Of a stretch of DNA of 64,000 nucleotides, positions 1 through 13,378 are shown in pieces; positions within the stretch are counted from its first letter, which is position 1; the number at the start of each line of letters is the position of its first letter. The notes beneath the pieces are model-generated. The model made no database searches, was not told where the DNA came from, and saw only the letters and a program-made list of their open reading frames with translations. The position numbers were made by a program, and so were the translations under genes. Source of the stretch: Octopus vulgaris (taxonomy: Eukaryota). The stretch is taken from the NCBI GenBank assembly GCA_951406725.2, contig OX597829.1, positions 5,084,001 to 5,148,000 on the forward strand, read 5' to 3'.

Positions 1-79
1 TGGCTGGTAACTAACGAGGATTTGGTGACCTGCGTCTGTTTTTCGTTTGTTTGTACACTTAGTATATGTTTTTTAACTT

Positions 80-428
80 ATACATACATGCATACATACA
101 TACATACATACATACATACATACATACATACATACATACATACATACACACACACATACACATACATAGATACACACACACACATACATACATACATAGA
201 TACATACATGCATACATATATATATGTATATATATATATACATACATACGTACATACATACATATATATGTATATATATATACATACATACATACATACA
301 TACATACATACATACATACATACATACATACGTACATACATACATACGTACATACGTACGTACATACATACTTACATACATACATACATGCAAATACATA
401 CATAATACCTACATACATACATACATAC

Positions 429-459
<31 letters not shown>

Positions 460-615
460 TATACATACGTACATACATACATATATATATATGTATATAT
501 ATATACATACATACGTACGTACATACATACATGCATACATACATACATACATACATGCATACATACATACATACATACATACATACATACATACATGCAT
601 ACATACATACATACA

Positions 616-651
<36 letters not shown>

Positions 652-670
652 TATATATATTTATATATAT
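80..670. repeat. (TACA)n/(TA)n compound microsatellite
   Basis: Direct reading; source of the YIHT/MYVC pseudo-ORFs. Confidence 0.95.
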
Positions 671-1048
671 ATTCAAATTTTTTGTTTAAAGCCGCTCAGT
701 AATGTAAACATTTCAATATCACAACGTATGTGATGTATAGTTTAAAAAAAACACACAGTATACTTCAAAGATCGGTGAAACGAAACCGCTCCAGAAGCGA
801 ACGAGAATGACACTAAGCGATGTTCCGCTGAATTTCTTGTTCACCAGTGCCATATTCTTACCAATAATATAAGTATTATTAATAGCATGAATCATCACAG
901 ATCCAGGCTTTTAACGACACACATGCGTTATGTAATACTGATAATGCTAATATTATTAAACTCTTCTAACACATTATGAATATGTGTCGTGTTTTATATA
1001 TATATATATATATGTGTATATCTCAAACTCTCTCTCTCTCTCTCTTTG

Positions 1049-1084
<36 letters not shown>

Positions 1085-1181
1085 ATCCAAACATGAAAAC
1101 ACAAGGAGAAAACACAACAACGCGAGGACGTGGAACAAATATAGTATTATTGGACGCTCAGGAAGGAAGGGAAGAAGGAGG

Positions 1182-1216
1182 GTTTAACGTTTCGAGCAGA
1201 GCTCTTCGTCAGAAAC
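1182..1216 (-). ncRNA. Minimal type I hammerhead ribozyme motif
   Basis: Minus strand: GUUU CUGACGA A GAGC-UCU-GCUC GAAA CG UU|AAAC. Helix I GUUU/AAAC, intact core, palindromic AACGUU in place of helix III. Sits in a short cassette (about 1081-1235) within (TA)n. Confidence 0.75.
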
Positions 1217-1249
1217 ATAGGAAAAGAAAAGATCAAAATACATATATAT

Positions 1250-1467
1250 TACTCTTTACTCTTTTACTTGTTTCAGTCATTTGACTGCGGCCATGCCGGA
1301 GCACCGTCTTTACTCGAGCAAATCGACCCCAGGACTTATTCTTTGTAACCTCAGTACTTATTCTATCGGTCTCTTTTGCCGAACCGCTAAGTGACGGGGA
1401 CGTAAATACACCAGCATCGGTTGTCAAGCAATGCTAGGGGGACAAACACAGACACAGAAACACACAG

Positions 1468-1498
<31 letters not shown>

Positions 1499-1664
1499 CA
1501 TATATACGACAGGCTTCTTTCAGTTTCTGTCTACCAAATCCACTCACAAGGCATTGGTCGGCCCGGGGCTATAGCAGAAGACACTCGCCCAAGGTTCCAC
1601 GCAGTGGGACTGAACCCGGAACCATGTGGTTGGTTAGCAAGCTACTTACCACACAGCCACTCCT

Positions 1665-1668
<4 letters not shown>
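1250..1668 (-). mobile_element. tRNA-derived SINE family A (internal TA/CA tract)
   Basis: Head GGAGTGGCTGTGTGGTAAG...GGTTCAGTCCC (pol III A/B boxes); many similar copies in the window. Confidence 0.85.
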
Positions 1669-1726
<58 letters not shown>

Positions 1727-1730
<4 letters not shown>

Positions 1731-1855
1731 TAGAAGAAATGAGGTACTCAGAAGATCGGATGGTTTATATTTACAGATATTTATTTATATATTACATTTT
1801 TTAGATATATATATCATATCACTTAGATCATTAGCGCTTTCTCCCATTCTAGTGT

Positions 1856-1860
<5 letters not shown>
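1727..1860. repeat. Dispersed repeat fragment in (TA)n
   Basis: Near-identical to 57728-57860 (TAGAAGAAATGAGGTACTCAGAAGATCGGATGG...). Confidence 0.8.
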
Positions 1861-1918
<58 letters not shown>

Positions 1919-1921
<3 letters not shown>

Positions 1922-3868
1922 AGCTGTGGAGGAACAGTGGGTAATCAAAAACATCAAACAGAACCCAAAAGTGTTCTATTCTTATGCAAATACGCATAGA
2001 ACCACTGTCTCACCCATTGGGCCATTGATTGATGATAACGGTATTCCCCAACACGATGCTAAAGAAATGGCAGAAATACTGCAGAAACAATACTGCTCTG
2101 TCTTCAGTGTTCCCACTGATATTGACGTAAGAGAAGCGAACGAAGTTGACTCCCAACATAAAATCTCAGACATAACCTTCACTGCCACTGACATCGTAGC
2201 AGCAATAAATGAGGTCAAATACTACTCTGCTGTAGGCCCTGATAGATTCCCCGCTAGTCTCCTGAAGGAATGTAGACACCAACTTGCAGTCCCTCTGACC
2301 AACCTCTGGAGAAATTCGTTAGACGCAGGTTATATGCCGAAACAGTTTCTATCCCAGTCGGTCATCCCGGTTTTCAAACAGGGAAACAGATCCATCGCAC
2401 TCAACTATCGCCCAATCTCACTCACCTCCCACATCATTAAAGTGTTTGAAAGAGTGTTAAGATCAAGGATAGCTGACTTCCTGGAGACCCACAAACTCCT
2501 AAATGCAAATCAGCATGGCTTTCGCTGTGGCAGGGACTGTCTAACACAGCTCTTACACCATATTGAAGATGTACTCAAAGCCTTGGGAACAGGTTCGAAC
2601 TCTGACGTCATATATCTTGACTTCAGTAAAGCGTTCGACGGAGTAGACCATAATATCCTACTCTCAAAATTGGCAAATGTTGGAATCCGTGGAAAAGTTC
2701 TACACTGGATTAAGTATTTCCATGCGAATAGAACACAACATGTTGTAGTTGATGGAGTCCACTCAAGCCCAGCAAAAGTCACCAGCGGTGTCCCCCAGAG
2801 GACTGTCTTGGGTCCGCTACTCTTCATAATTTACATAAACGACCTTTCCAGTGTCGTACATTACTGCAAAGTGAAAATATTTGCTGATGACACTAAGCTC
2901 CAGCAAATCGTGAATGAAGAAGCAGACCGAACTCAACTCCAGTGTGATCTATATGGTGTGAGTCGATGGGCAGACAGAAACAAAATGCAACTGAACGAGG
3001 GAAAATTTGAGCTGATGCATTTTGGAAGAAATTCCTCACTAAAACAACCATACACTCTTCCTTCAGGGGAACCGCTCACAGCCTCTAGCAATATCAGAGA
3101 CCTGGGTGTAATTGTTGATGATGATCTCAGTTGGAGTGCACACATCAACAAGAAGGTCGATATAGCTCGTAGGATGAATTCCTGGATCTTAAGAACTTTC
3201 CGGTCCAGAGAACAAGGTGTCATCATACCACTTTTCTCCTCCTTTGTACGGCCACACCTGGAATATTGCTGCCCACTGTGGTCTCCCCATACAAAACAAA
3301 ACATCTCCAGGATTGAGTCACCCCAGAGGGCACTCACTAAACGAATCGAAGGCATGGCTGCTCTCGATTATTGGGATCGCCTTAAAGCCTTGAAACTTTA
3401 CTCTCTCCAGCGTCGCCGTGAGCGGTACATCATTTGTACGATGTGGAGAATATACCGCCAACTTTGCCCAAACGACCTTAACATTAGCTTCAAGGTTCAT
3501 CCAAGACTGGGACCACGGGCCATACGTCCCCAGCCCAATTCAAGATCACAGCGTACATGTACACTGCAATATAATTTCTTTTCCTCAACAGGCCCTGCCC
3601 TATTTAACATTGTACCGAGGGAGATCAAAGAGGAAAAGGATCCCATCAACTTTAAACGGAGTCTGGATAGATTCCTTGAAGGAATACCAGATAAGCCACC
3701 CATAATTGGATACAACTCACCCAACAAGAACTCACTACTTGAATGGACCATAAACAAAACTTGACTTAAACAGGATACGAATAATCCTATCAGGTGGTGC
3801 TATTAAGTTAGACATGGCCTGGACCAATCTTTGGTCGAAACATATCTAAGTTTTTAATCTAAGTTTTA
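1919..3868 (+). mobile_element. 5'-truncated CR1-type LINE (RT plus C-terminal region open to 3764, 3' UTR hairpin, short repeated tail)
   Basis: Motifs NYRPISLTS, QHGFR, YLDFSKAFD, GVPQ(R)TVLGPLLF, FADDTK, RPHLEYC, LYSLQRRR; no endonuclease or true start; GACCA-ATCT-TTGGTC hairpin then ATCTAAGTTTT twice; (TA)n on both sides. Confidence 0.9.
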
Positions 3869-3874
3869 TATATA

Positions 3875-3929
<55 letters not shown>

Positions 3930-4132
3930 ATCTCTTTCTCGTTATATATATGCATACATATATATAATGTGTGTGCATGACTGCTCGTGTGTCTGTGTCC
4001 GTGTGTGTCTGTGTGTATCACTTTACGTTCACTTTTTGATGCTTTCACGGCTCAAACGGGATTTGTTAAGGCATATAATCCATGTCCAGATAACTTTCCT
4101 GAAACCAACTTTCACCTGATTCCATGCTATAT

Positions 4133-4303
4133 AGGCGCAGGAGTGGCTGTGTGATAAGTAGCTTGTTTACCAACCACATGGTTCCGGGTTCAGTCCCACT
4201 GCGTGGCATCTTGGGCAAGTGTCTTCTGCTATAGCCTCGGGCCGACCAAAGCCTTGTGAGTGGATTTGGTAGACGGAAACTGAAAGAAGCCTGTCGTATA
4301 TAT

Positions 4304-4337
<34 letters not shown>

Positions 4338-4560
4338 ATATGTTTGTGTGTCTGTGTTTGTCCCCCCAACATCGCTTGACAACCGATAGTGGAGTAATTA
4401 CGTCTCCGTAATTTGCGGTTCGGCAAAAGAGACCGATAGGATAAGTACTGGGCTTACAAAGAATAAGTCCCGTGGTCGATTTGCTCGACTAAAAGCAGTG
4501 CTCCAGCATGGCCACAGTCGAATGACTGAAACAACTAAAAGAGTAAAAGAGTAAAGAGTA
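4133..4560 (+). mobile_element. SINE family A, full length
   Basis: Same sequence as 1250-1668 in opposite orientation. Confidence 0.85.
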
Positions 4561-4905
4561 TATAACATTCCCCCCATGGCCACAGTCGAATGACTGAAAC
4601 AACTAAAAGAGTAAAAGAGTAAAGGGTATATAACATTCCCCCATGGCCAGACATGTTTTCACAGAATATTGTAAATGAAAGACAGTATAGGTACGACAGT
4701 GACATTCATTTAGAACTACCAGGAAAGTTGAAGACAAGGAAACACACGCAGTCATACATGTACATGTATGTGTTTCTATCTACCAAATTCACTCACAAAT
4801 CTTTGGTTAGCCCAACATTAATATTCGAAAGCACTGTCTAAGTTACACGCAGTGGGACATTAAGCGAACCTCTTAATGATAAGACAATGGCTATATTAAT
4901 ATTTA

Positions 4906-5788
4906 CAGGGTGTCCCAAAATTAAGGCAACCAACTTTTTTCAATTTTACCAAAGCAAAATATTGTTAAATTTCGGGTCTGTGCGTTGCAATGCAATGGTA
5001 AAGGAAACACAATTATGACACTACCAAATTTGTTCGATATGACCGCCTCTGTTTCGAATCACAGCCTTAAGTCTAGATGCGAATGCTTCTCACATGGCAC
5101 GCAGTTGTTCTTGCGGAGTCGAAGCCCAATACCGGTGCAGTTTTATCTTCAGTGACTCTAACGAAGCATGATGAATGTTCGAGATCCTCATCTCCAAAAT
5201 AGACCAAACAGAAAAATCCAACGGGACTTCTTGATGGCCATACGTCCTTGCCTATGAACGAGGGAATGTTTTTCTGAATCCAGTGCCGTGTCTGTTTGGA
5301 GTTGTGGTATGGTGCCGCGTGCTGTTGGAGGCTCTAAGGTGCACCTTGAAAGTGCTCACCCACCTATGGAACCATTTCGGCTTCCAGAATATCGCTAATG
5401 TGTCGCTGAGTGTTAATTTTAACACCCGAGGGCACAAAAACGGGGGGATACATTTCAGTGGCTGTCACATAACTGACTGTGGTTTTTGACGTCGATTTAC
5501 GAGTCTGACCTCGACGCTGCTGCTTGATATATTCCAAAGCCGGCCATTCTGGTAGTTTACTGTCTGTTCCAAGGCAAATTTCTTTTCAGCAGTGAACATC
5601 AGGTTAAGTAGCGTGGCTTCAGCAATCTGGCGCAGGATAAGACGACCTCGCTCCAGTCTCATGGTCTTATCAACTTGCGAAAACTCATGACGACGGATCA
5701 TCTTGTAGGGGTGAGTCCTGAGATCTTCCTTCAGCACCCAATACATCGATGTTCCGGTTTAATTTTACTAGTTTTTCGGGACATCATG
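4906..5788 (-). mobile_element. Internally deleted Tc1/mariner (maT/DD37D-like) transposon fossil
   Basis: TA|CAGGGTGTCCCAAAA ... TTTTCGGGACATCATG|TA termini; minus ORF remnant LKEDLRTHPYK...FTAEKKF...RRQKPQSVM. Confidence 0.8.
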
Positions 5789-6759
5789 TACGTATGTGCG
5801 TGTGTGTGTTCTGCATGCGTATACTCATACTTTTAACGTCAAGTTTTTCATATTTACACTGGTCACACAGAGTTTGTTGTGGCAGAATCTTTTACAGTTG
5901 AATGTCCTTTATATTGCTGGATATTTCCAAACGTGTTAATATTTCTCCATTGGCAAGGTATGTTTTCACAGAGTATTATATATGCTTGGTAGTGCTGGTA
6001 GGACAGTGACATACGTTTACAAGATGCACTCTTACACACATGCGACACCTGTTGTTATATACTTGTTGTTTGTATTTGAAACCGTATACCATGTTCTCCG
6101 ATTTTTCGTCATTGCCGTACACATTCACTAGCTTTCTTACAAAAAAATCTAATGCTTTTAGCTTGAAGTTTTTGAAGTCAACCAGATCGAACTATTTCAG
6201 GGGTAATTGGCCGAAACAGTAAGGACAGCTGGTAACTTGACTGAAGAAAGAAGGCCAAGAATGACCCGTCTTTTTTCCCTGTCCTAATTGTTGTTTCTAC
6301 AGTCTGCCTTTGTATCGTCTATCTGTCCGAATGTTTTATTGTTCTCTATTGCATTTTTGTTCCATTTTATATATATATATATATATATTTATATCCTTCA
6401 CTTCTACTATCCTTCTCTCTTTTCTTCATTCCTACCCACCTTCTCCTTCCCTTCATCGTCACCCCTCACTCGTAAGCCCATCCCACCCCATTTCTTACAC
6501 ATACCCCACTCTCGCCGGAGCACCTCCTTAAATGTTAGTTTAGTCGAAGAAATCGACATATTATCATATAAGATGGGCTTCTTTTAGTTTCTTTCTACCA
6601 AACTCATTCCCAATGCTTTAGACAGCCCACTCCTATAACAGAAAACCATGGTGCAATGTGCAACAGATTGGGACTGAACATGGAACCATGTGGTTGGAAA
6701 GCAACCTTCTTAACAACCTAACCACATACATTCATTATGTATATATATACTCTTTTTTT

Positions 6760-6969
6760 CTTTTTTACTCTTTTACTTGTTTCAGTCATTTGACTGCGGC
6801 CATGCTGGCGCACCGCCTTTAATCGCGCAACTTTAACCCGGGACTTATTCTTTTGTAAGCCCAGTACTTATTCTATCGGTGTCTTTTGCCGAACTGCTAA
6901 GTAACGGGGACATAAACACACCAGCATCGGTTGTCAAGCAATGCTAGGGGGACAAACACAGACACACAA

Positions 6970-7004
<35 letters not shown>

Positions 7005-7170
7005 CATATATACAACGGGCTTCTTTCAGTTTCCGTCTACCAAATCCACTCACAAGGCTTTGGTCGGCCCGAGGCTATAGTAGAAGACACTTGCCCAAGG
7101 TGCCACGCAGTGGGACTGAACCCGGAACCATGTGGTTGGTAAACAAGCTACTTACCATACAGCCACTCCT
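6760..7170 (-). mobile_element. SINE family A
   Basis: Matches other copies. Confidence 0.85.
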
Positions 7171-7599
7171 ATATATATATTGTGTGTGTGTGTAACTGCG
7201 TGTGAGCGTGTACGTTGTGTCAAAGGGGGGTGTAACTTTAGAAGTGATATAATGTAAGGTATACCTTTTAATAAACATACAGTTTTAGCCTAGCTATGAA
7301 TTAATTAATATTTATGTACACACATATGTATGTACATATATTTATTTAACCGTCTGAGCATGCTGCCATGTCTATATCTGAAGGTGAGAGAATAAGAAAT
7401 AGAATATGCTCAAGAGATAATGCCTAAGGGTTTAAAAATAGTTTGCAAGGATTTACTTTGATATAATCTATATGTTAAGTTGTAATCCAAAACTACATCG
7501 TTTGAAACTGCGCTTTTGATTATCCAGCATTCACCAGAGAGAAGAGGAGATTATTCAAAAAGCATAATAAGGCACTAAACACATCTGCATCCAGAATAT

Positions 7600-7621
7600 A
7601 CAAACATACACACATACACAT

Positions 7622-7695
<74 letters not shown>

Positions 7696-7759
7696 TGTAT
7701 ATAGATGCGTGTGCGTATACATATATAACTGTGTGTATATGTGTGTGTATACATATATA

Positions 7760-7822
<63 letters not shown>

Positions 7823-7898
7823 TTATATATATTCATATCTATATGTATAAATATATGGATATATATGTATGTATATATATTTGCGATAACACACGTAC

Positions 7899-7955
<57 letters not shown>

Positions 7956-8033
7956 AATGTGTGTGTATAAGCGTTAACATATATATATGTGTATATATTT
8001 TTGTGTATATACATGTGTATATATATATGTGTG

Positions 8034-8075
<42 letters not shown>

Positions 8076-8105
8076 TATATATATATGTATATGTGTAAAC
8101 ATCTG

Positions 8106-8182
<77 letters not shown>

Positions 8183-8228
8183 GTATGTATGCATGTATAT
8201 ATATAGAAATATGTGTATATATATGTAA

Positions 8229-8280
<52 letters not shown>

Positions 8281-8297
8281 GTGTATATCTATAAATA

Positions 8298-8370
<73 letters not shown>
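7600..8370. repeat. (TA)n/(CA)n compound microsatellite
   Basis: Direct reading. Confidence 0.95.
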
Positions 8371-8374
<4 letters not shown>

Positions 8375-8607
8375 GCAGCGTGGAAGGTGTTTGTAAGCCA
8401 TTTAAGAAACAACAAAAAGCCGTTCGATTTCTCTTCAACATTTAAGTTTAATTTGTCAAAATATTGTCGTCGCTAAATCAGTCAGTGAAGAGGTCGCGGA
8501 TTTTAGCGACGAAAATATTTTGACAAATTAAACTTAAATGTTGAAGTGAATCGAACGGCTTTCGTGTGTTTCTTAAATGGCTTACAAACACCTTCCACGC
8601 TGCAATT
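8371..8607. repeat. Fold-back palindrome (about 106-bp arms), Penelope pLTR-like
   Basis: AATTGCAGCGTGGAAGGTG...GTCGCTAAA (8371-8477) is the reverse complement of 8502-8607; flanked by (TA)n. Confidence 0.9.
8481..8524 (+). ncRNA. Hammerhead motif with mutated core (GUGAAGA)
   Basis: GUCA GUGAAGA G GUCGC-GGAUUUUA-GCGAC GAAA AUAU UU|UGAC; helices I and II pair, palindromic AAUAUU; C3 replaced by G. Confidence 0.6.
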
Positions 8608-8994
8608 GTTATATATATATATAATTCAATTTACTGTAATCCTTCTGGTTCACTATATGTTGTGTATAAAATCTGAATTATGTAAATGACACTCAATCAA
8701 AAGTAGAAATAAATAAATTAAACTACAGACATAATCTAACTTATGACTGCTTTATATAGAGATATATATTCTGTGCCATTCACTGATTGGGGAAAGAAAT
8801 CTGAGTAGTAGTTAACAAACTATAGAACAATTTTTCAGGAGCTTTATTCCCAAACATCTTTTGCCACTCCTCAGGCAAAATAACAGATAAATGAAAGAAC
8901 AGTAGGCAAGATGAGAACAAGTTGAAAAGTTTTCATGGAGCGTCTAGCACTACTGGTGACTGGAGACATCAGTTATTTCCTTCAGAGTGAAGGG

Positions 8995-9400
8995 GAGATT
9001 GTATGATGCTTGTGTTGTAAATGTGATGCTGCAAGGCAGTGAAACATAAGCCCTGAATGCAGAGTACTTGAAAAGAAATGATGCTAGTATGTTCCGCTGG
9101 ATGTACGAAATCAGTGTGTATGAACAACAACAAATTAGAAAATTCTAGAGAGAAAAATTAGTCTTAAGAGAAGTAAGATGTAGTGCGTGATAAAGAAAAC
9201 TTCACTGGTATGGATATGTGAGTATATGGATGAGGGCAGATTGATATTCTTGAGTCAGTCACTTAATGTGGACAGACCTGCAGAAGCGGGAGACCCAGAA
9301 AGGCATAACACAAAGTGATGAAGGTTGGTCTCAGGTGTTTTAATCTTGAGTTGAGATGATAAGGGACCAGGATAACTAACAATATCGGATACTCTAGAAA
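8995..9400 (+). pseudogene. Decayed RTE LINE C-terminal fragment
   Basis: YDACVVNVMLQGSET*ALNAE / KRNDASMFRWM resembles the post-RT region of RTE elements; similar to 60690-60900. Confidence 0.55.
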
Positions 9401-9448
9401 ACCTATCACAGCAAATCTGAATTTCTGGAATCACACTGAGTGTATATT

Positions 9449-12194
9449 CAGGCATACCTCGGCTTCGGTCGTTTCAATTTAAGTCGTCCTCGATTATACG
9501 TCGGTTTTCAAAAATAATATATGGGAAAATAAAAATCAAGTTAAGTCATTTTGCTCGACTTTACGTCTGTCCGCCAGAAATACTGGAATCGTAAAATCAA
9601 TAGAAAACCGTTAAAAGCACATAAAAACCATATTACTGGGCAATAAATAAGAATAAAAGCATATAAAATCATATGAAAATACGTTCAGTAAATGTTAAGA
9701 CACAAACCATAAAGCAGTGTAGCTTAGTGAAAGAAATCATGAAATCAGCTGTGTTGTCTTGTTCATCGGTATTTTGGATCTCATATTGCACTGTAGTTCC
9801 AATATTTACCGTTAGACGTCGTTGTCACTCGTGATTCCCGCGGTTTTTTTTAATTCAGATTTGTTTACGTCTGTTTATCGGCCCCAAAGAATATTCATAG
9901 TGAAAGTGCTAAGCGTCATGCTATAACGCTGGAAGATAAACTGGCTATGATAAAATGCCATGAAATAGGTGAGCAATTGCAAGATTTTTGGGGCTGAGTC
10001 GGACAACTGTATCGATGATTGTACATAATAATAAGCACAAGATTTTAGCAGATGTCAAATCTGAAGTCCCAGGGATGAAGAACACTGTCATCAATAAGAA
10101 AAGAGGCAAAATCTTTGAAGAAATTGAAAGCCTTCTTTCTCTTTGGATTGTTAGGTTGAATCGTTAGTGTGCTACTATGAGTCAAAAAAATCATTCAAGA
10201 GAAAGCATCTTTGTTTGAAGACCTGAAGAAAAAATATCCGGATGAGAAAGATGTAGAGTTCAAGGCAAGTCAAGGATGGTTCATCAGATTTAGGGAGCGA
10301 AGAAGTTATCACTCCATTAAGAGGCAAGGCGAAAGTGCATCAACTGACAAACAAGCAGCAGTGGAATTTCCTAATGCATTAAAGAAAATCAGAGAAGAGA
10401 ACAGGTTTCTTCCCAAACAGATTTTTAACGTAGACGAAACTGGATTGTATTAAAAGAATTGCCAGACCATTCATTCATTTCCAAGGAGGAGAAAACTATT
10501 CCAAGCTAGAAGGTCTCAAAAGAAGGTGTGACCATTATGTACAGGAAATTTAAATTATAGCCATTGCTGGTGTATCATGCACACAAACCCCATGCCCTGA
10601 AGAACAGGCCCAAACAATATCTCCCTGTTGTACTGATGGCTAATTCAAAAGCACAGATTGCTTTTGAAGATTGGTTCAGAGAAATACTTTAAGAAGACTG
10701 GGATTCCTTTTAAGATTTTACTTATTTTAGATAATACTCGTAGCCACCCGCAAAACATCGTAGATTGTGACCCCAACGTTACCATCGTGTACCTCCCTCC
10801 GAACACCACGTCTCTTCTACAGCCAATGGATCAAGGAATAATTGCTATCTTCAAGCGTTACTACATGAAGCGTACGCAGCGGCAAGCAATAGCTGCCACT
10901 GATCATGATGAGTCTATTACACTTCATCACTTTTGGAAGAGATACGATATCTACACGGCTGTACAAAACATTGCAGCGGCATGGGATGATGTAGAGAGCA
11001 CGGCTATGAATGGTGTATGGAAGAAGCTATGTCTGCAATTTCTGGATGATTTTAAAGGGGTTTGATAATGATGCCATCAACAAAACGTTGGTGACTAAGA
11101 GCAAATAACTGGAAATGGATTTGGAAGAGGAGGATTTCACAGATTTATTGGAAAAAGACAAGCGGCCCCTGACAAACGAAGATTTGATGGAGCTTCATGA
11201 GCAGCAAGATAAGGAAGAAGAAGAAGAAGAAGAAGAAGAAGAAGAAGAAGAAGAAGAAGAAGAAGAAGAAGAAGAAGAAGAAGAAGAAGAAGAAGAAGAA
11301 GAAGAAGAAGAAGAAGAAGAAGAAGAAGAAGAAGAAGAAGAAGAAGAAGAAGAAGAAGAAGAAGAAGAAGAAGAAGAAGAAAGAGGAGGAGGAGGAGGAG
11401 GAGGAGAAGAAAAAGAAGAAGAAGAAGGAGGAGGAGAAGAAGAAGAAAAAGAAGAAGAAAAAGAAGAAGAAGAGCCCAAGCCGCGACACTTTACCATTAA
11501 GAAAATGCTTGCTGCATTTGCATATATTGAAAAAGGTCTTTCTATGTTCGAGGATATGGATCCAAATGCTCAACACTTTTCCGAGATTAAGGGGCTTGTC
11601 ACAAAGGTTTTGCTCCTTCTAATGTAATCCTTGAGTAAAAAACAGAAGATAGTTCAAGGAATTCTCAACCAGTTTTTTAAGCGCATCGAACAATACAAAC
11701 AACCAGAGTCAGCTGTTGATGTTGACGATCCACAGCCATCGACAACCGCGATGTGAACCACCAAACTGAATGTACGTATTGGTAAATTTAAAATAATTTA
11801 GTTTTTTTTACTATTGTAAAATAACAATTACCGAATTTGTTTTTTAGGCTTAAAAATGGCTTTTATTCGACCATGTCTTTTTGCAAACTGCATTCATAAA
11901 TAAAGCGTTCACGATGTACGGTAAACACCGCCAAATTGTATTCGTAAATTTAGATAACTTTATTTTTACTGTACTGTATTAAAAAATAAAAATTATTTGT
12001 TTGTAAGCTTGAAATAGGTTTTTATTAACCATGTATTATTGAAAATGCATTCATGAAATACAGAACTGGAAATGTTTATTATCGGTTTAGCCTAGAGACA
12101 AGTAAATTCAGATTAGCCTAGACTGGAGACAAGTTAATTCTACTTAAGCCGTGTCTCCTGGAGCCAATTAACGACGTAAGGTGAGGTATGTCTG
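9449..12194 (+). mobile_element. Tigger/pogo DNA transposon, disrupted transposase
   Basis: TIRs CAGGCATACCTC / GAGGTATGTCTG; FKASQGWF (CENP-B HTH), QIFNVDETGL, LLILDN..HP, LPPNTTSLLQPMDQGII; stops and frameshifts. Confidence 0.9.
11214..11472. repeat. (GAA)n/(GGA)n expansion inside the Tigger acidic tail
   Basis: About 55 uninterrupted GAA, then mixed GGA/GAA. Confidence 0.95.
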
Positions 12195-12204
12195 TGTATA
12201 TATA

Positions 12205-13378
12205 TTGGGTCAATAATGAAGATTTTTATATTTCTTTTACTTTTCAAAATTACGATAAACAAAGTTCTTTTTTAATCAGTCCTTCTTCATTTTCTACAAT
12301 GCACTTCCATCTATCTGGTAGACTTCCAAAATTCACTTGTCCGTGACGAAAAATACTCCTCCAGTACTGATCTGACTTCGTCTACAGAATTCGTATTTTT
12401 TTCTCTCCATATGATTTTAAAGACTGTGGAATAAACGATGATCAGATGTGGCAATGTCCAGCGAATATGGTGAGTGGGGAATCGTTTTTCATTCAAACTG
12501 CTTCAGCTTTTGGAATGTCATCCTCGCTGTATGTGGCCGGGCGTTATCCTGATGGAAGAACACCTTTCGTCTTGACTTAAACCGCTCGCAGTAGACCTCC
12601 TTTGTTACCATTTGGTTTTAAAAGTTCAAAGTGGACTAAACCTTTCATATCCCACCAAACAGATAACAACCCCTTACGTGGGTGAAGACCTTCTGTAGCC
12701 CTGCGTGCCGGTGTTTCTCCTCTCCCTACCCACTGTCTTCAGCGCTTGACACTTTTTTAGAGAACCCATTTCTCATCACCAGTCATTATTCGGTCCTAAA
12801 AAGGTTCATTCGCGAGACTTGACAGCAAAAAAGAGCAACACATTCACTCTGTCTCCATGATTAGACTCGGAAAGTTTGTGAGGAACCCATTGACCCAATT
12901 TACTGACTTTTTCGATAGCACGCAGGTGTCGATGAATGGTTCCTCAACAGTTATTATGGGATTTTGTTCCACCAGGGTTTGCAGGACGTCTTTGTTGAGC
13001 CTTACAGGTCTTCCAGGATGAGATTCATCTTCTAGGCTGTAGTTTCCGGCTCGGAATTTCTGGAACCACCGTCGACACTGGCTTACACTTATTGTCCGAT
13101 CCCCATATGCTGCATTAATATTCCTCTTACTGTCCGTTGCGTTGTTGCCCTCATTGAACTTATAAAGCAAAAATATACCGAATATCCATTCCATTATAGC
13201 TTTGAAAAAAAATAACTGTTAAAATCAAGCTGCACTCCTCAAGACTTGCACTAAGAATAAGGACAAGGTAAAATTACTACCTGCTTTTATAGCAAGTTGA
13301 TGCAGGTAGTTTATCCCGCCCCCATCCAAATTTTACTTCACGCAATTGATAAAACCACGTTATTTATGGAATGGCGTT
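12205..13378 (-). mobile_element. Mariner (DD34D-like) fossil
   Basis: Minus ORF ...NINAAYGDRTISVSQCRRWFQKFRAGNYSLEDESHPGRP; HQDNARPH-like remnant near 12535-12555. Confidence 0.8.

Noticed and set aside
1854-1918. N-terminus of the 636-aa ORF
   Set aside because: GTG plus (TA)n read-through, not part of the LINE protein.
3826-3846. GACCA/TGGTC hairpin followed by GAAAC as a hammerhead
   Set aside because: No CUGANGA upstream; better explained as the LINE 3' stem-loop.
11115-11627. Poly-Glu or poly-Lys protein
   Set aside because: GAA expansion in a dead transposase.
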